Source: Acidobacteriota bacterium (GTDB taxonomy: Bacteria; Acidobacteriota; CAIWXX01). From it: a stretch of 64,000 bases of DNA. The notes below the pieces were generated by a model. The model was given only the letters and a program-made list of their open reading frames with translations, was not told the DNA's origin and did not search any database. Positions 60,102-64,000 of the stretch are shown here, piece after piece (the stretch's first letter is position 1; each line of letters opens with the position of its first letter). The position numbers and the translations under genes were made by a program. The stretch covers positions 32,001 through 96,000 of the forward strand of contig JBFMAF010000024.1 in NCBI GenBank assembly GCA_040755995.1, in the 5' to 3' direction.

Positions 60102-61619
60102 ATGCCGTCGATGCCACGCACAGGTAGACTCGTCTCGGTCATGGCACTCATGGCGTGCGCGCTGATTGTCTCGGGGTCGTGCAGGGTGGAGCGCCCACCG
60201 GGGGCCGCGCCGCCGGGCGAGCGGGGCCTCGAATCGATCGTACGCGAGCTGGAGCAGCAAATGCCCGGTGCGACTGTCGGCGTCCTGGTCGCAGACGCCA
60301 CGACGGGTGAGGAGCTCGTCTCCGCTAACGCCGATCGCCTGTTCGTCCCGGCATCCACCCAGAAGCTCTTCACCACCGCAGCGGCGCTCGAGGAACTGGG
60401 CGGGTCCTATCGCTTCCTCACGCGGGCGATCCTCGCGCCGAACGAGAGAGGCGGCAGCGACCTTGTCCTGATCGGCGGTGGCGACCCTTCGATCGACGGC
60501 ACGGCCGGGGCTTGCCCCGAAGCACTCTTTTCTCAGGTTGCCCTTGCTCTCGCCCGGGCCGGCATGCATCGCATCGATGGAGATGTCGTGGGCGACGACA
60601 GCCGCCTCGGACGCGACTACCATCACCCTTCCTGGCAGCTGGCCGACCTCGACCAGCCCTACGGTGCCCCCGTCTCGGCCCTCACCTTCGATGACAACTC
60701 GGTCGCCATCCGAGTCCAGTCCATTTCGGGGCAGCCTCCGATGGTTGCAACCCCGGCGCCCTACGATGTGACCTCGACGCTGCAGAGCTCCGACCACACC
60801 CAGATTCTCTACGAACGTAGTAATCCCACCGGACCGCTCACCCTGGCAGGCTGGATCGGAACCGACCGCGTGGAAGTGCGCGTGGTGCCGATCGCGCGGC
60901 CGGCGCTCCACTGGGCCGGAGAGCTCAAGCGATACCTCGAGTCCGCCGGGATAGGCGTAGGCGGCTTGGCGCGCGAGCGACTCGGCGACCATCCACCCTC
61001 GCATGGAACGACCATCCTGGAATGGCCGTCGCCTCCACTGCGAGACCTCATACTCCAGGTCAACCAACGCAGCCTGAACCTGTGGGCGGATCTGCTGTAT
61101 AAGACGCTCGGGGAGGAGGTGGTAGGAGACGGTACCTTTGCCGGCGGCGCCGACGCCGTCGCGCTGATGGTTGCACGCGCAGGAATTGGAGCAAGTGATG
61201 TGGTGCTGGTCGACGGCTCGGGCCTGTCTCGAGTCAACCTGGTCACTCCGACGGCACTCGTGAAGCTGCTCTTGCACATGCGCGCGAGTCCCCATGCGAC
61301 CGATTTCGCGTCGAGCCTTCCCGTCGCCGGCCGGGACGGAACGCTCCGGATGCGATTCGCCGGCACGCCGCTCGAAGGCCGGCTCCTCGCCAAGACCGGC
61401 ACCCTCCAGTGGGTCAGTGCAATCGCGGGCTACATTCGCATCTCCCGTGAGCTCGCATTCGCCGTGACGGTCAACGGCCGCCTCGTTTCTTCTGCCGCGT
61501 GCAGCGCCGCGATCGACAAGGCCCTGGTACGAATCGCCGCCGCAATCGAGGCGAAAGGGGAAAGGGACAAGGGCAAATCGATGTACGCGCCATCGCGCAG
61601 CGGTGAGAGCGACCTCTAA
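60102..61619 (+). CDS. dacB: D-alanyl-D-alanine carboxypeptidase/endopeptidase (peptidase S13, PBP4)
   Basis: PASTQKL (SxxK), SLN (SxN), DGSGLS, AKTGTL; lipoprotein-like signal. Confidence 0.93.
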   Translation: MPSMPRTGRLVSVMALMACALIVSGSCRVERPPGAAPPGERGLESIVRELEQQMPGATVGVLVADATTGEELVSANADRLFVPASTQKLFTTAAALEELGGSYRFLTRAILAPNERGGSDLVLIGGGDPSIDGTAGACPEALFSQVALALARAGMHRIDGDVVGDDSRLGRDYHHPSWQLADLDQPYGAPVSALTFDDNSVAIRVQSISGQPPMVATPAPYDVTSTLQSSDHTQILYERSNPTGPLTLAGWIGTDRVEVRVVPIARPALHWAGELKRYLESAGIGVGGLARERLGDHPPSHGTTILEWPSPPLRDLILQVNQRSLNLWADLLYKTLGEEVVGDGTFAGGADAVALMVARAGIGASDVVLVDGSGLSRVNLVTPTALVKLLLHMRASPHATDFASSLPVAGRDGTLRMRFAGTPLEGRLLAKTGTLQWVSAIAGYIRISRELAFAVTVNGRLVSSAACSAAIDKALVRIAAAIEAKGERDKGKSMYAPSRSGESDL

Positions 61620-61666
61620 CCATCCCCTGTCTGTGAGGTATAATCCGACAGGTTAGGAATACGAAC

Positions 61667-63502
61667 ATGAGCTCGGGATTTCTGGAGCAGGTTGAAGAGC
61701 GGGTGCTGGTGTGCGATGGCGCAATGGGCACCATGCTCTACTCCAAGGGAATCTTCATCAACCGCTGCTTCGATGAGCTCAATCTGTCCATGCCCCACCT
61801 CGTGCGTGAAGTGCACGATGCCTACATCGATGTGGGGGTCGACGTCATCGAAACAAACACCTTCGGCGCCAATCCGATAAGGCTGAGATCGCACGGCTTC
61901 GAAGATAAGGTCTCGGACATCAACATGGCGGGGGCGCGAATCGCGCGCGAAGCCGCTGTGGGGCGCGCGTTCGTCGCCGGAAGCATCGGCCCGCTTGGCG
62001 TGCGCGTCGAGCCGTTGGGGCGCCTGAGCCTTCAGGACGCCGTCTCCATCTTCAAGCAGCAGGTCCAGCCGCTGCTCGACGGCGGCGTCGACCTGTTCAT
62101 ACTGGAGACCTTCTACGACTTGAGCGAAATCCGCGCGGCCATCGACTCCGTGCGTGGCCTCTGCGATCTACCGATCGTCGCCCAGATGACGCTCGAAGAC
62201 GACGGCTGCGGGCTCGACGGCACAAGCCCGGAGATCCTGGCCGCGACTCTCGACGAGTGGGGCGCCGACTTGATCGGCTGCAACTGCTCGGTCGGCCCGG
62301 CCATCATGCTCGACTCAGTTGACCGGATGAGCAAGGTGACTCGCAAGCGCCTCAGCGCGCAGCCGAATGCCGGCAAGCCTCGCAGCGTCGAGGGCCGCAA
62401 CCTCTACCTCTGTTCGCCCGAGTACATCGCCACCTACGCGCGCAACTTCATACAGGTAGGCGTGCGACTGGTCGGCGGCTGCTGCGGGACTACCCCCGAG
62501 CACATCCGTGCGGTCAAATCAGCCGTGCGATCATTGCAGCCGGGTCAAGCCAGTATCGGGGTGCTGGGCAAGGCCGAGCGGGGTCCAGAGGTCGAGGCGA
62601 TTCCGCTTGCCGAGAGGTCGAATCTGGGTCGAAAGCTCGCGGCAGGCGAGTTCACGATCTCGGTCGAGATCGTGCCGCCGAGGGGGTGCGATCCGGCCCG
62701 CACGATTGCGGCCGCGAAGTACCTGCAGGAGAGCGGTGTGGACGCCGTGAACATCCCGGATGGGCCGCGGGCGAGCGCGCGCATGAGCGCCCTGGTCACG
62801 GCGACCATGTGCGCTACGGCTGGCATCGAGCCCATCCTGCATCACACCTGCAGGGATCGGAACATCCTGGGCATGCAGTCGGACCTGTTTGGCGCGTTTG
62901 CGATCGGCCTGAAGAACATCCTCGCCGTGACGGGAGATCCGCCGAAGATGGGCGACTACCCTGATGCGACTGCCGTGTTCGACATCGATTCGATCGGGCT
63001 CGTGAAGTTGCTGCGGAACATGAACCATGGACGCGACATCGGCGGCACGCCGCTCGACCGTCCCACCGGCTTCGTGATCGGCGTGGCCGCCAATCCATGT
63101 GCGGTGAATCTCGATGAGGAAGTGAGTCGTTTCGAGCGGAAGGTGCGGGCCGGCGCGGAGTTCGCGATCACGCAGCCGGTGTTCGACGTGTCGGCGCTGA
63201 GGGAGTTTCTGCGGCGGATCGCGCCGTTCCGCATTCCGGTGCTCGCGGGGATCTGGCCTCTGGTGAGCTATCGGAACGCAGAGTTCATGAACAACGAGGT
63301 GCCGGGGGTGGCCGTGCCCCCGGAGGTGCTGGAACGCATGCGAGGGGCGCCGAGCCCCGAGGCGGCGCTGCGGGAGGGCATTGCGATCGCGTGCGAGTCC
63401 ATCCGGAATCTGCGACCCTTGGTTCAAGGGCTGCAGATCAGCGCACCGTTCGGGCGATACGAGCTGCTGGGTGAGCTGATGAGGGGGGCTGATCTTGTCT
63501 GA
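61667..63502 (+). CDS. Bifunctional homocysteine S-methyltransferase / methylenetetrahydrofolate reductase (YitJ-like)
   Basis: DGAMGT, NCSVGP, GGCCGTTP, MTHFR domain with TGDP and ITQP. Confidence 0.95.
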   Translation: MSSGFLEQVEERVLVCDGAMGTMLYSKGIFINRCFDELNLSMPHLVREVHDAYIDVGVDVIETNTFGANPIRLRSHGFEDKVSDINMAGARIAREAAVGRAFVAGSIGPLGVRVEPLGRLSLQDAVSIFKQQVQPLLDGGVDLFILETFYDLSEIRAAIDSVRGLCDLPIVAQMTLEDDGCGLDGTSPEILAATLDEWGADLIGCNCSVGPAIMLDSVDRMSKVTRKRLSAQPNAGKPRSVEGRNLYLCSPEYIATYARNFIQVGVRLVGGCCGTTPEHIRAVKSAVRSLQPGQASIGVLGKAERGPEVEAIPLAERSNLGRKLAAGEFTISVEIVPPRGCDPARTIAAAKYLQESGVDAVNIPDGPRASARMSALVTATMCATAGIEPILHHTCRDRNILGMQSDLFGAFAIGLKNILAVTGDPPKMGDYPDATAVFDIDSIGLVKLLRNMNHGRDIGGTPLDRPTGFVIGVAANPCAVNLDEEVSRFERKVRAGAEFAITQPVFDVSALREFLRRIAPFRIPVLAGIWPLVSYRNAEFMNNEVPGVAVPPEVLERMRGAPSPEAALREGIAIACESIRNLRPLVQGLQISAPFGRYELLGELMRGADLV

Positions 63503-63589
63503 GCCGCTTCGACCTCGCGACCCTCCAGCTGCGACAGCTATGACGCGTGAGTCGGCGCGAGGTCGTGGTGCAATGCGGAGGAGAGAAGG

Positions 63590-64000
63590 ATGAGAGCTGT
63601 GTGTGTGATGGTGATTGTGGCGGCATCGTCGATGATCCTGCTCGCGGGGAACAACGTCCCGGAGGCGCTGCCGGACCGGGTGATCTTCAAGAATGGGAAC
63701 GCGTTCGATGCCCAGGTGTTGTCCATCGGTGAGGGCAGTGTGCTTCTGCGGACCAGCTTCGGCGAGATGCAGGCCCCGCGGCGCGACATCGCCACGCTGC
63801 TCCTCGGCGGGCATCTCGTGAGCATCGGGCTGGCGTCGGGAGAGAAGATCCGCGGAATTCTCACCGACGATGGATACCAGACCGTGACCGTCAAACAGGG
63901 AACTACCGAGAGGAAGATCAGCCGGGCGGACATCGTGAGCCTGGACAGCATCGTGCGCCTGCAGTTCGACGCGCTGGGCCGTGAGGTGGCCGAGCCACCT
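63590..64000 (+). CDS. Exported hypothetical protein, partial (runs off window)
   Basis: MRAVCVMVIVAASSMILLA signal; DRVIFKNG; frame open to window end. Confidence 0.7.
   Translation, partial: MRAVCVMVIVAASSMILLAGNNVPEALPDRVIFKNGNAFDAQVLSIGEGSVLLRTSFGEMQAPRRDIATLLLGGHLVSIGLASGEKIRGILTDDGYQTVTVKQGTTERKISRADIVSLDSIVRLQFDALGREVAEPP

Noticed and set aside
61620..61666. SAM riboswitch before the YitJ-like gene
   Set aside because: Intergenic gap is under 50 nt and has no consensus

Overview
GC-rich bacterial chromosomal segment. Gene content suggests an anaerobic, diderm, Acidobacteriota/Deltaproteobacteria-like organism (inference only). It holds secreted beta-propeller, FG-GAP and ankyrin proteins; assorted metabolic genes (aldo/keto reductase, DASS transporter, TatD, rocD, BCP, PrsA-like PPIase, DacB, YitJ-like Hcy methyltransferase/MTHFR); and a complete Wsp-type chemosensory operon ending in a REC-GGDEF cyclase, with an extra periplasmic half-SBP gene. 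There are two tRNAs: Lys-CTT and a CAT tRNA, likely Ile2. Downstream of the CAT tRNA is an accessory tract: Phd/VapC TA pair, truncated AAA_14 ATPase, WYL regulator, DnaQ-like exonuclease and RmuC. Highlights the ORF track misses: (1) a two-domain protein-disulfide oxidoreductase split by an in-frame TGA at the catalytic UxxC position, followed by a SECIS-like hairpin (probable selenoprotein, 56393-57043); (2) an unannotated ~207-nt highly structured + strand RNA candidate (17963-18169); (3) a 197-bp direct repeat of the WYL gene 3' end bracketing the exonuclease, a potentially excisable 1536-bp cassette; (4) several internally collapsed paralog remnants; (5) dispersed families of heptamer tandem repeats. 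No CRISPR array, rRNA, integrase, transposase or reverse transcriptase was recognised. All assignments come from motif reading, not database searches.
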